Below are positions 32,796 through 41,184 of a stretch of DNA of 64,000 nucleotides, one piece after another (position 1 is the stretch's first letter; each line of letters starts with the position of its first letter). A program made the translations under genes and the position numbers. The notes below the pieces were generated by a model. That model searched no databases. It was not told the DNA's origin and saw nothing but the letters and a program-made list of their open reading frames with translations. Origin of the DNA: Kofleriaceae bacterium (lineage in GTDB: Bacteria > Myxococcota_A > Polyangia > Haliangiales > Haliangiaceae); the NCBI GenBank assembly GCA_965215005.1, contig CBDCCZ010000006.1, positions 128,001 to 192,000 of the forward strand. The letters run 5' to 3'.

Positions 32796-35786
32796 TCAGA
32801 ACTCGCCAACGAGGAGCTTTGGCTTCTGCAACGCAATGTGCAGGACCTCAGCGAGATGGAAAGGACGAATGTCGGTGGCCTGCATAATCTGCTCACGGCA
32901 GCTGAAGCCATCAGCCATGATCAACGTGTCTGGCGACGAGCTGCGCACCGCTGGCAAGATCCGCCGCTCTCCTGCCGCCATTGAAACGTCATACTTGGTA
33001 CCGCGCTCGAAGCCGAAAGCTCCTGCCATGCCGCAGCAACCGGAATCGGGCACCGATGCCTGAAGGTCCATCGCCCGATACACCTTCTCGTCTGCCTCCA
33101 TGCCCATGATGGACTTATGGTGACAGTGTCCTTGCACCAGCGCATCGATGGGTACCTTGGGGAAGGCGTAGTCGTCGACGACTTCGGTGAGAAACTCAGC
33201 CAGGGTATGGGTTTGCTTCGATAGCCGAATAGCGCGCTCGTCTGCGGGAAACAAGTTGGGCAGCTCGTCGCGGAACGCGGCCACACAAGAGGGCTCCATG
33301 CCCACCACGGGGGTGCCGCGGTCGATCTCAGAGCCGAGCGCGGCAAAGGTCTTGCCCCACAACTGTTTGGCCAAATCGATCATGCCGTAGTCATAGAGGG
33401 CACGTCCACAGCACAGTCGCTGCTCGGGCACCACCACCTGATAGCCGGCGTGCTCGAGCACCGACACCGCCGACTCCAGGGTGCTGGGAAAAAAGTGATT
33501 GTTGAAGGTATCTGGCCACAGCACCACGCGACGGTCGCGATTCACGACGCCAGGCTTGCGCCGGCGAAACCGACTCTTGAACGTGCGGCTCGCGAACTTG
33601 GGGATCGAGCGCTGCGGCGCGACGCCGGCGATGAGCTTGGCAAGGTCTCTCAGGCCGGGCGTCTGCGACACGAAGTTGACGAGCTCGGGGATACAGCCGC
33701 CAATTGCCGCCCAGCGATGGATCCAGCCAAAAGCGTAGGCCTGGCGGGGTCGCGGATGATGCTCATAGTAGTGAGCCAGAAACTCGGCCTTATAGGTGGC
33801 CATGTCGACGCTCACCGGACAGTCAGACTTGCACCCTTTACACGACAAGCACAAATCGAGTGAGTCCTTGACCGCTTCGCTCGCCCAGCCATCTGCCACC
33901 ACGTCGCCCTGCAGCATCTCGTAAAGGAGCCGCGCGCGCCCTCGCGTCGAATGCTCCTCTTCCAGCGTCACCATGTAGCTGGGGCACATGGTGCCACTCT
34001 CGGTCGCGCGACACTTGCCCACGCCCACGCAGCGAATGGCGGCGTGAGAAAATTGGCCGTTGTCTTCTGGATAGGAGAAGTAGGTCTGCAGCGCCGGCGG
34101 CTGGTACTCCCTGAGGCGCAAATCCTCGGTGCGAGAGAACGCGTCGATGACTTTGCCCGGGTTCATCTTCCAGCTGGGATCCCAGATTTCCTTAAACTCG
34201 TGAAACGCCTTCATCAGGTCGGGGCCAAACATCCGCGACAACAGCTCGCCGCGCGCTTGGCCGTCGCCGTGCTCGCCCGACAACGAGCCGCCGTACCGCC
34301 CAATGAGGTCGGCAGCGTCACGGGTGAAGCGCTCGTAGATGCCGCGTCCTTCTTGGGTGTGCAGCGCGAAGTCGATACGGGTGTGGATGCAGCCCTGGCC
34401 GAAGTGACCGTACAGCGAGCATTCGTAGCCATACTCGTTCAAGAGCTGGCGAAAGTCGCGCAAGTACGGACCCACTTGGTCGGGTGCAACCGCCGCGTCT
34501 TCCCAGCCAGGCCAGGTATCTGGCTCACCAGGAGCAAACGCGGTAGCCCCCAGCCCGGACTCGCGGATCTCCCAGATGGCATCGCCATCGTCACCGACGA
34601 ACCGCTTCATCGACGGCGGATGCGCTTGCGCGGCAAGCATCTCGCACATGGCATCCGCTTGCCCCTCTGCCTCGTCTCGACTGTCACCGCCAAACTCTAC
34701 GAGCAGCCAGCCGCCGCCCTCCGGCAAATACTCGAGGTACTCCTCGTGCATGCCTTTGGCGCGCATGCAAGCGAGCAAACGCGAGTCGATGCCTTCTAAG
34801 CCAGTCGGGCGAAACTGCCGGATCTCCGTTACGTGATCGCCCGCTTCGTAGACGCTGGGATAGCCAAGAACTACCAGCGTCCGCTCCGGCTTTGCTGGAA
34901 TCAGATGAACAGTCGCTTCGAGCACCGTCACACAGGTGGCCTCGGTGCCGACCAGAGCGCGCGCCAAGTTAAATGAGTTGTCCCGCAGTAGCGCCGGCAG
35001 GTTATAGCCGCTTACTTGCCGTTGAATATCGGGAAACTGCTCGCGGATCGGCCGCTCGTAACGGTCTCGCAGCGTGCGCAGCTGCTGATAGATCTCGGCT
35101 TTGCGCCCGCCCTCGGCCACCGCCGCGGCAAATGCCTCGTCGCTGGTCTCGCCGACTCGCATGCGCACGCCGTCGTAAGTGAGAACCTCTAGCTCGGCAA
35201 CGTTGTGCTCGGTACGCGGGCCAGGACCGTAAAACTCGGCCATGATAGCGTGCGATCCGCAGGCGTTGTTGCCAATCATTCCGCCGATGGTGCAGCGGTC
35301 ATGAGTCGAGGTGTCTGGTCCGAAGGTGAGGCCGTAGCGACTTGCCGCCTCACGAAGGTCGTCGAGCACAACACCTGGCTGGACGCGCGCGAGGCGCCGC
35401 TCGGGGTCGATCTCGATGATCTGCCGCATGTACTTCGAGTAATCGATGACGACCCCGACGTTGACGCACTGGCCGGCCAAGCTGGTCCCTCCCCCGCGCG
35501 ACAATACCGGCACCTCGAAGCGCCGACACACCGCCATCGCCCGCTCCACGTCATCGGCAGACCTTGGCACCACGACCCCTAATGGGGTCATGTGATAGTT
35601 GCTCGCGTCGGAAGCATAGGCGCCACGGCTGCCGCGATCGAAGCGTATTTCGCCTTCTACCACCGCCTCCAGCGCCGCGACCAGCTGCCGGGTCAGCCCA
35701 TCCTGCACCTCGAGAGTGTGGCCGTCGCGGGTTCGGCGGATCGCCACTAACTCGTCGCGCTGCAATGGGCTCGAATCAAGCTGCAT
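32796..35786 (-). CDS. FAD-linked oxidase fused to (Fe-S)/CCG domains (GlcD+GlcF / YdiJ-like)
   Basis: RGGGTSLAGQ, GGMIGNNACG, SGEHGDG, CVGVGKC, CLSCKGCKSDCP, CCG motifs. Confidence 0.92.
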   Translation of the reverse strand: MQLDSSPLQRDELVAIRRTRDGHTLEVQDGLTRQLVAALEAVVEGEIRFDRGSRGAYASDASNYHMTPLGVVVPRSADDVERAMAVCRRFEVPVLSRGGGTSLAGQCVNVGVVIDYSKYMRQIIEIDPERRLARVQPGVVLDDLREAASRYGLTFGPDTSTHDRCTIGGMIGNNACGSHAIMAEFYGPGPRTEHNVAELEVLTYDGVRMRVGETSDEAFAAAVAEGGRKAEIYQQLRTLRDRYERPIREQFPDIQRQVSGYNLPALLRDNSFNLARALVGTEATCVTVLEATVHLIPAKPERTLVVLGYPSVYEAGDHVTEIRQFRPTGLEGIDSRLLACMRAKGMHEEYLEYLPEGGGWLLVEFGGDSRDEAEGQADAMCEMLAAQAHPPSMKRFVGDDGDAIWEIRESGLGATAFAPGEPDTWPGWEDAAVAPDQVGPYLRDFRQLLNEYGYECSLYGHFGQGCIHTRIDFALHTQEGRGIYERFTRDAADLIGRYGGSLSGEHGDGQARGELLSRMFGPDLMKAFHEFKEIWDPSWKMNPGKVIDAFSRTEDLRLREYQPPALQTYFSYPEDNGQFSHAAIRCVGVGKCRATESGTMCPSYMVTLEEEHSTRGRARLLYEMLQGDVVADGWASEAVKDSLDLCLSCKGCKSDCPVSVDMATYKAEFLAHYYEHHPRPRQAYAFGWIHRWAAIGGCIPELVNFVSQTPGLRDLAKLIAGVAPQRSIPKFASRTFKSRFRRRKPGVVNRDRRVVLWPDTFNNHFFPSTLESAVSVLEHAGYQVVVPEQRLCCGRALYDYGMIDLAKQLWGKTFAALGSEIDRGTPVVGMEPSCVAAFRDELPNLFPADERAIRLSKQTHTLAEFLTEVVDDYAFPKVPIDALVQGHCHHKSIMGMEADEKVYRAMDLQASVPDSGCCGMAGAFGFERGTKYDVSMAAGERRILPAVRSSSPDTLIMADGFSCREQIMQATDIRPFHLAEVLHIALQKPKLLVGEF

Positions 35787-36873
35787 AGCGTTTTGCCTCT
35801 TGCCGGTTGAGCTCGATTCCAAGCCCTGGCTTGGTTCGATCGGGAACGAGCGCACCACTCTCGAGCTCGGGCAGCCCGTCGAGAAGAAGGCGCTCGATGC
35901 GCTCGTGGTCGTGGAAATACTCCAAATGCACCAGACTCTGCATCGCAGCAGCCGGGTGCAGATGCGCCGCGGGTGCAGTGTGCAGCGACAGCGGCATCGA
36001 GTAAGCCTGACACAAAGCGTCTACGTTCATGAGCCCAGTGACGCCCAGACAGCGCGTGATATCGGCCTGCAGCACGTCCACAGCTTCCGCGTCGAGCATG
36101 CGACGGAAATACATCGTGTCGTAACCATACTCGCCAGCAGTAACCGCCACGGCCGGCGGCGTATGGTCGCGGATATAGCGAAGACCTACGAGATCATCCG
36201 AGGAGACCGGCTCTTCGAACCAACGAACATCATACGCGGCAAACGCAGCGGCAAAGCCAATCGCTTGCTTGCGCGTATAGGCGCCATTGGCGTCGACGAA
36301 AAGCTCGACGTCATCCCCAATCGCCTCGCGCGCCGCGGCGACCCGCTCGACGTCGCCACCAGGATCGGCGCCGACCTTCATCTTGACCCGCGGGATGCCG
36401 ACGTCGACCCAGCCACGCAGTTGGCACTGAAGCTCGTCGATGGACAGCGAGCAGAAACCACCGCTGCCGTAGAGAGGCACCTGGTCCCGCCGTCCACCCA
36501 GCAGATCGACGAGCGGCAGGCCGAGCAGCTTGGCCTTGAGGTCCCAGAGCGCGACGTCGACTGCAGCGATGGCGCTCGACGTTATCCCCGTGCGGCCGAT
36601 ATTACGCACGGCGCGTATCATCGCCTGCCATGCGCGCGGAACCTCAAATGCGCCAAGCCCGCATATAGCCACGGCCAGCGTGTCGCGAATCAGCGAGGCG
36701 GCCGCGGGGTGGCTATACGTGTAGCCAATCCCGCGGAGCCCCGCCGCGCGAACCTCTACCCAGACCATCGTCGTCGAATCCCATTCCAGCGTGCCATCGG
36801 ACTCCGGCTGCTTGCTGGTCGGGATCGTGAAGACCTCAACGTCGAGAGCTTCGATGGCTGGGCTTCTCTGCAC
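35776..36873 (-). CDS. Enolase-superfamily enzyme, mandelate racemase subgroup
   Basis: VDVALWDLKAK, KMK, VDANG, FEEP, AGEY, QAD, SLH, LEYF; TAGTG coupling to the upstream gene. Confidence 0.9.
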   Translation of the reverse strand: MQRSPAIEALDVEVFTIPTSKQPESDGTLEWDSTTMVWVEVRAAGLRGIGYTYSHPAAASLIRDTLAVAICGLGAFEVPRAWQAMIRAVRNIGRTGITSSAIAAVDVALWDLKAKLLGLPLVDLLGGRRDQVPLYGSGGFCSLSIDELQCQLRGWVDVGIPRVKMKVGADPGGDVERVAAAREAIGDDVELFVDANGAYTRKQAIGFAAAFAAYDVRWFEEPVSSDDLVGLRYIRDHTPPAVAVTAGEYGYDTMYFRRMLDAEAVDVLQADITRCLGVTGLMNVDALCQAYSMPLSLHTAPAAHLHPAAAMQSLVHLEYFHDHERIERLLLDGLPELESGALVPDRTKPGLGIELNRQEAKRYAA

Positions 36874-38651
36874 TAGCGAATGCTGCTCCACATGTCCTTG
36901 GCAGATAGCTTGATCATCTGCCAGCGGTTGGGATCGCCGCGCACGACCGACTCGAGGAACTTCTTAGCTTGCTCGAACTTGATGTGCGGCGGCAGCGGCG
37001 GAACTTCGGGATCGACATACGCCTCGACCAGCACCGGTCGACGCGCATCCCACGCCCGCTCCCAACCCGACGCGATATCGTCCGGACTCGTCATCAAGAT
37101 GCCCTCGAAACCGAGCATCTGCGCGTACTGCGCATAGCCAAAATCGGGGACTTGTTGCGAGGCATTGAACTTGGGGTCACCTTCCATCACCCGCTGCTCC
37201 CAAGTCACCTGATTGAGATCGCGATTATTTAGAACCAAGCAGATGAAGCGCGGGTCCTTCCACTCGCGCCAGTACTTCGAGACCGTGATGAGAACATTAT
37301 TGCCATTCATCTGCATCGCGCCATCGCCGACACACGCGATCACCGGCCGGTCGGGATGCACGAACTTTGCAGCGACTGCATAAGGAAGCCCTGGCCCCAT
37401 CGTCGCCAAGTTACCCGACAACGACGCTTTCATCCCCGGGCGCATTTTCAGGTCACGCGCGAACCAGTTGGCGGAAGAGCCCGAGTCCGCTGTAATGATG
37501 CACTTGTCGGGAAGGCGCGGCGAGAGCTCCCAGAACACCCGCTGGGGGTTGATCGGCGAGGCATCATTCATGGCCCGGTCCTCGAGAGTCTTCCACCACT
37601 TGCTAACGCGTTTTTCGATCTCTTCGCGGAAGCCACGAGACTGTTTTCGCTTGAGCAGCGGAGCGAGCAGGCGCAGCGTATCGCGAGCGTCGCCTTGCAG
37701 ATTCACTTCCATGGGATATCGCAGGCTCAGCCGGCGCGGCTTGATATCGATTTGCACGCCCCGCGCACTGCCTTCTTTGGGCAGCCACTCCGAGTATGGA
37801 AAGCTGGTGCCCACCATGAGCAGCGTGTCGCAGTTCTTCATCATCCAGTCGGTCGGCTCGGTGCCGAGCAGGCCGATCGACCCGGTCACGTAGGGCAGAT
37901 CATCGGGCACCGCCGCCTTGCCGAGTAGCGCCTTGGCAACGCCGGCTCCAAGCATGTCTGCGATGGTGAGCACCTCTTCGGCGGCGCCAAGAGCGCCTGC
38001 TCCGATGAGCATGGCGACGCGCTCGCCCTCGTTGAGGACTTGGGCCGCTCGTTTCAGCTCGTCGTCAGCAGGAACGATCCGCGGCCGCGGATGGCCGATG
38101 CCTGAGAACGTGTTGCCGTGCGACCGCGGTGGGCTTTCGACCGCATCCTGCTCTTGAATGTCCTGTGGGAAGATGACGCACGTGACGGTGCGGTTGGCCT
38201 TAGCGATGCGCATCGCCTGGTCGATGAGGTGGCGCGCCTGCGCCGGCGTCGCGCACATCTGCACGTACTCATGTGCTACGTCTTTAAAGAGGCTGATCAA
38301 GTCGACCTCTTGCTGATAGTCGCTGCCGAGCGCGCTCAGCGCTTGCTGTCCGACCAGAGCGACGACGGGCTGATTGTCCATCGCGGCGTCGTAGAGGCCA
38401 TTGAGCAAATGAATCGCTCCTGGACCAGAGGTTGCCAGGCAGACGCCAACCTCTCCTGAGAATTTGGCGTGCGCGCACGCCATGAAGGCCGCCAGCTCTT
38501 CATGCCGGGTTTGGATGAAGCGCACGTGCTCGCTGGCGCGGTCGAGAGCACCCATGAGGCCGTTGATGCCGTCGCCTGGATATCCATAGATTCGGCGAGT
38601 GCCCCATTGATAGAGCCGATGAATCACGTAATCCGCTACGTTGGTGCTCAC
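36873..38651 (-). CDS. Thiamine-pyrophosphate-requiring enzyme (pyruvate oxidase/PoxB-like)
   Basis: YGYPGDGIN, RHEE, TSGPG, GDGAMQM...NN TPP motif; AGGAG RBS before GTG 38651. Confidence 0.93.
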   Translation of the reverse strand: MSTNVADYVIHRLYQWGTRRIYGYPGDGINGLMGALDRASEHVRFIQTRHEELAAFMACAHAKFSGEVGVCLATSGPGAIHLLNGLYDAAMDNQPVVALVGQQALSALGSDYQQEVDLISLFKDVAHEYVQMCATPAQARHLIDQAMRIAKANRTVTCVIFPQDIQEQDAVESPPRSHGNTFSGIGHPRPRIVPADDELKRAAQVLNEGERVAMLIGAGALGAAEEVLTIADMLGAGVAKALLGKAAVPDDLPYVTGSIGLLGTEPTDWMMKNCDTLLMVGTSFPYSEWLPKEGSARGVQIDIKPRRLSLRYPMEVNLQGDARDTLRLLAPLLKRKQSRGFREEIEKRVSKWWKTLEDRAMNDASPINPQRVFWELSPRLPDKCIITADSGSSANWFARDLKMRPGMKASLSGNLATMGPGLPYAVAAKFVHPDRPVIACVGDGAMQMNGNNVLITVSKYWREWKDPRFICLVLNNRDLNQVTWEQRVMEGDPKFNASQQVPDFGYAQYAQMLGFEGILMTSPDDIASGWERAWDARRPVLVEAYVDPEVPPLPPHIKFEQAKKFLESVVRGDPNRWQMIKLSAKDMWSSIR

Positions 38652-38700
38652 GCTGTGCTCCTCTTTCTTCAGACGTCTCGTAGAAAACCGACACGGGTCG

Positions 38701-38716
38701 TGCAGCATCCATGCCC
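38701..38716 (-). promoter_or_regulatory. Sigma54-type promoter for the TPP/enolase/FAD operon
   Basis: Minus strand GGGCATGGATGCTGCA (GG-N10-GC), about 50 nt above the start. Confidence 0.55.
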
Positions 38717-38866
38717 CGGGGTGTAATGACCTGTGCGCGGTGCTCCCGCGGGCAATGCGGCGCGATCTCGCCACGTCGTGTCATGCACGCACGTTGGGAA
38801 TTACGAAGATTTGGCGAAAAACCCTTGGGAACAGCCCTTCTAGCCGTGGTAACAGCACTGGAAAGC

Positions 38867-38882
38867 TGGAACGCGACTTGCG
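38867..38882 (+). promoter_or_regulatory. Sigma54-type promoter for the DUF883 gene
   Basis: TGGAACGCGACTTGCG (GG-N10-GC). Confidence 0.55.
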
Positions 38883-38942
38883 TAGCAGCTCAGGAAGCTC
38901 GGCACTTGTTCATCCGAGCCACTCGCACAAGGAGGAAGCGAC

Positions 38943-39185
38943 GTGCAATACCGTGAATCAATCGAGACTCAGACCCAGAATCTAAATGCCGGCATGAAGC
39001 AGAAGGCAGATGCCCTCGCGGATGCGAGCCGCCGTCGCTTTCAGGATGCGAGCCGGTACTTCCGCGAGAACGACGCCCGCACGATGGCGACTGATCTCGG
39101 CGGCGTCATCAAGACGCACCCGATGCAGTCGTTCCTACTCGGCGTCGGAGTTGGCTATCTGCTGCTCCGCCTGTTCCGCGACTAG
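38943..39185 (+). CDS. ElaB/YqjD/DUF883-like small membrane-anchored stress protein
   Basis: IKTHPMQSFLLGVGVGYLLLRLFR C-terminus; AGGAGG RBS. Confidence 0.8.
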   Translation: MQYRESIETQTQNLNAGMKQKADALADASRRRFQDASRYFRENDARTMATDLGGVIKTHPMQSFLLGVGVGYLLLRLFRD

Positions 39186-39208
39186 TACGCTGCCGCGGGA
39201 TTGATGGC

Positions 39209-39349
39209 GCAGAAATCCGCCGCCCCGATGCGGGGCAAGGGCGGCAGATTTCTGCTGCTCAGGCGCCCCCTTTGGCGTCTCCCCAAGCGACTGTTGTTTT
39301 CCTAGCGGTTCACGACTTCCGCCCTGAACCAGACTTCCGCCGTGAACCA
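39209..39349. other. Structured intergenic element (two hairpins + 18-bp tandem repeat); terminator and/or sRNA candidate
   Basis: Bulged stem GCAGAAATC...GATTTCTGC (39209-39255), stem AGGCGCC-cccttt-GGCGTCT (39261-39280), GACTTCCGCC(C/G)TGAACCA x2 (39314-39349). Confidence 0.45.
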
Positions 39350-39507
39350 ATAGTACGCCGGCGCATGCGTCGTGACGCGATTGTCGGGCGGCCCCGTGCG
39401 GGCGAGGGCCAACAACCGCTACTCACGGCGCGTATCGCCGTCCTCCCACATTTTCCCCACCTCTACCATGTCGAGCGGCTCACGCAGCTCGCCGTGAAGC
39501 CCGCCAA

Positions 39508-41184
39508 TCAGCTCGAGTTACGTACGTCTCTGCGCTGCGGCGCGGCTAGAATCGCGCGAAGCTGCCGTGCCTCCGCCGGCTTGGCGATATGCACGTCGAA
39601 CCCCGCATCCAGCGCCCGCGTTCTTTGGTCTAGCGCACTGTAGCCGCTCAGAGCGACCAAGATCATCCCACCGCACCCCGGGTCGAGGCGAACCCGGCGC
39701 GCGAGCTCGTAGCCTTCGATTCCGGGAAGGCCAAGGTCGACGAACGCCACCTCGGGCTTCCACTCTGTCAGGAGCAATAGCCCCTCAGTTCCGTCTGGGG
39801 CCGCACGCACCTCATGGCCCCACTGCTCGAGCATCATCGTGACGAGCTCGCGGGTATCGGCGTTGTCCTCGACCACGGCGACTCGCCTCGCAACCGTGTC
39901 GCCGATCTCCGGCGCCGCACTTTGCCGGCGCAGCCGCGCGCGTTCGGTCTCGAGCGGCAACTCGACAGCAAACACGCTGCCGTGACCGACTCCGTCGCTG
40001 TGCACGGATATATGGCCGCCATGGAGCTCCACCAATCGACGCGCCAGAGTCAGCCCAATTCCCAGCCCACCCGCACTTCGATCGATCGTCGCCTCGGCTT
40101 GCGTGAAGAGCTCGAAGATGTACGGCAGGACCTCTGCCGCGATGCCGACGCCATCATCGGTCACCGTTACGCGAGCCCGAGGAAGTGCACCATCCTCGCT
40201 GGTCACCACCGCCACTTCCACGACGATCGTTCCTTCAGCGCCGCTGTACTTGATCGCGTTGTCGAGCAAGTTGGTGAACACCTGTTCGAGTCGCGTCACG
40301 TCGCCGTCGATGACGAGGGGACCTTCAGGCCTCATAAGCTCGATGCAGCGACTACCATCACCGCCCACCACGCCGCTGCGGAAGTCCTGGCGTGGTTGGT
40401 TCGACGTCTCCTCCATCGCGCGTTGCTCTGCGAGCGCTTCAGGGTTTCTGCCGTGAGCCGTGAGCCGCTCACGCAAATTTACGATCAGGCGACTGAGCAG
40501 CTCACCGAGCTCGATGGGCTCTCGGCGCAGGACGATGCGGCCGCGGCTCACCCGCGACACGTCGAGCAAATCCTCAATGAGGCGCCCCAGTTGCCGGCTC
40601 TGCCGCTCGAGCGCATCGAGGCTCCGCTCTTCGATAGCGTCGCGGGCCGGGTGACGACGCAACAGCGGCACCGCCGCCGTAATGCTGGCAAGCGGGTTGC
40701 GGAGCTCGTGCGCTAGCATCGCGAGAAACTCGTCCTTGAGCCTATCTGCGTCGGCGAGTCGCCGCGCGCGATCGCGCAGCTCGCCTTCAGCGTCCTGCAA
40801 GCGAGCGAGCGAGCGCACAGTCGCGATGAGCTCCTCCGGCTCGAACGGCTGCGCCAAATAGCCATCGGCGCCAGCCTCGAGCCCTTCGACGCGCTTGTCT
40901 GCGGTGACGTAGGTGGCGGAGCTGTGCAGCACCTTGATGCGCTCGGTGTGCGAGTCGCTCTTGATCCGCCGGCACACCTCGAATCCGTCGATCTTAGGCA
41001 TGCGCACATCGAGCACCACGATGTCCGGTTGCGGCTCTTCATAGATCCGCACCAGCGCCTCGTCCCCCCCCACCGCTTCGACGACGCGAAAGCCGGCATT
41101 GCGAAGCATCTTCGAGACGAGGTAGCGGCTCGCGGGGTTGTCGTTGACGTTGAGGATGAGAAAGCGGCTGGTGTCGAGACTCAT
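39508..41184 (-). CDS. Hybrid histidine kinase REC-HisKA-HATPase-REC
   Basis: N-terminal REC (VVLDVRMP), LAHELRNPL, NLLDNAIKY, DDGVGI, GLGIGL, C-terminal REC (FVDLGLP...IAKP); ATGA-coupled to the upstream kinase. Confidence 0.93.
   Translation of the reverse strand: MSLDTSRFLILNVNDNPASRYLVSKMLRNAGFRVVEAVGGDEALVRIYEEPQPDIVVLDVRMPKIDGFEVCRRIKSDSHTERIKVLHSSATYVTADKRVEGLEAGADGYLAQPFEPEELIATVRSLARLQDAEGELRDRARRLADADRLKDEFLAMLAHELRNPLASITAAVPLLRRHPARDAIEERSLDALERQSRQLGRLIEDLLDVSRVSRGRIVLRREPIELGELLSRLIVNLRERLTAHGRNPEALAEQRAMEETSNQPRQDFRSGVVGGDGSRCIELMRPEGPLVIDGDVTRLEQVFTNLLDNAIKYSGAEGTIVVEVAVVTSEDGALPRARVTVTDDGVGIAAEVLPYIFELFTQAEATIDRSAGGLGIGLTLARRLVELHGGHISVHSDGVGHGSVFAVELPLETERARLRRQSAAPEIGDTVARRVAVVEDNADTRELVTMMLEQWGHEVRAAPDGTEGLLLLTEWKPEVAFVDLGLPGIEGYELARRVRLDPGCGGMILVALSGYSALDQRTRALDAGFDVHIAKPAEARQLRAILAAPQRRDVRNSS

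Noticed and set aside
39314..39349. 18-bp direct repeat as a CRISPR remnant or att site
   Set aside because: Only two adjacent copies, no spacer, and no cas or integrase gene nearby.
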